Assembly: GCF_030144855.1 (NCBI RefSeq)
Contig: NC_082720.1
Coordinates: 83,576,001-83,640,000 of the forward strand
DNA: 64,000 bases
Direction of reading: 5' to 3'
From: Hypanus sabinus
Taxonomy: Eukaryota
The notes beneath the pieces were generated by a model. It saw only the letters and a program-made list of their open reading frames with translations, was not told where the DNA came from and did not search any database. The position numbers and the translations under genes were made by a program. Positions 63,550-64,000 of the stretch are shown piece after piece. Position 1 is the stretch's first letter. Every line of letters begins with the position of its first letter.

Positions 63550-64000
63550 TGACTACAAGGCACTGGTAAGACCTTACTGTGTGCAGTTTTGGGCTCCTTA
63601 TCTAAGAACAGATGTGCTGACATTGGAGAGGGTTCAGAGAAGATTCACCAGAATGATTCTGGGAATGAGAGGGTTAACATATGAGGAACGTTTGACCACT
63701 CTTGGACTGTACTTGGAGTTTAGAAGAATGAGGGGGGACCTCATAGAAACATTTCGAATGTTGAAAGGCATGGACAGAGTGGATGTGGCAAAGTTGTTTC
63801 CCATGGTGGGGGAGTCTAGTACGAGAGGACGTGACTTGAGGATTGCAGGGCGCCCATTCAGAACAGAGATGTGAAAAAAAAAATTTTAGCCAGAGGGTGG
63901 TGAATCTGTGGAATTTGTTGCCACGGGCAGCAGTGGAGGCCGGATTATTGGGTGTATTGAAGGCAGAGATTAATAGGTATCTGAGTAGTCAGGGCATCAA
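63550..64000 (+). mobile_element. CR1 3' fragment running off the window
   Basis: ORF 63581-63874 QFWAPYLRTDVLTLERVQRRFTRMI...RGDLIETF. Confidence 0.92.

Overview
This is AT-rich, CpG-depleted vertebrate intronic or intergenic DNA. The repeat inventory (CR1/HER1-type LINEs, HE1/V-SINE-like and Deu-SINE-like elements, Rex1/Babar LINEs with TCTGAT tails) points to a cartilaginous fish, which is an inference. Roughly half the window is transposon-derived: about 15 CR1 fragments (two with ORF1 Zn-finger/SGNH-esterase sequence), about 12 Rex1/Babar fragments, Penelope-like element (PLE) remnants, three solo LTRs with 4-bp TSDs, a decayed Tigger/pogo element with TIRs and a MITE. Many are nested. 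Every ORF in the supplied track that resembles a known protein family is a transposon fragment or its antisense shadow, and no intact known host gene, rRNA, tRNA or CRISPR is visible. The most notable signals are: (1) at least seven copies of a minimal type-I hammerhead ribozyme motif (cagtc-CTGAnGA-agggtctcggccc-GAAACGTC-gactg) in the PLE terminal repeats, each hit in the catalytic core, often at CpG sites; (2) a 119-bp PLE micro-insertion with an inversion and a 13-bp TSD; (3) two mosaic solo LTRs that share U3 but have unrelated 3' ends; (4) a chain of phase-compatible minus-strand exon candidates that would give an unrecognised protein of about 119 aa or a lncRNA (low confidence). Boundaries of old repeats are approximate because they were read by eye.
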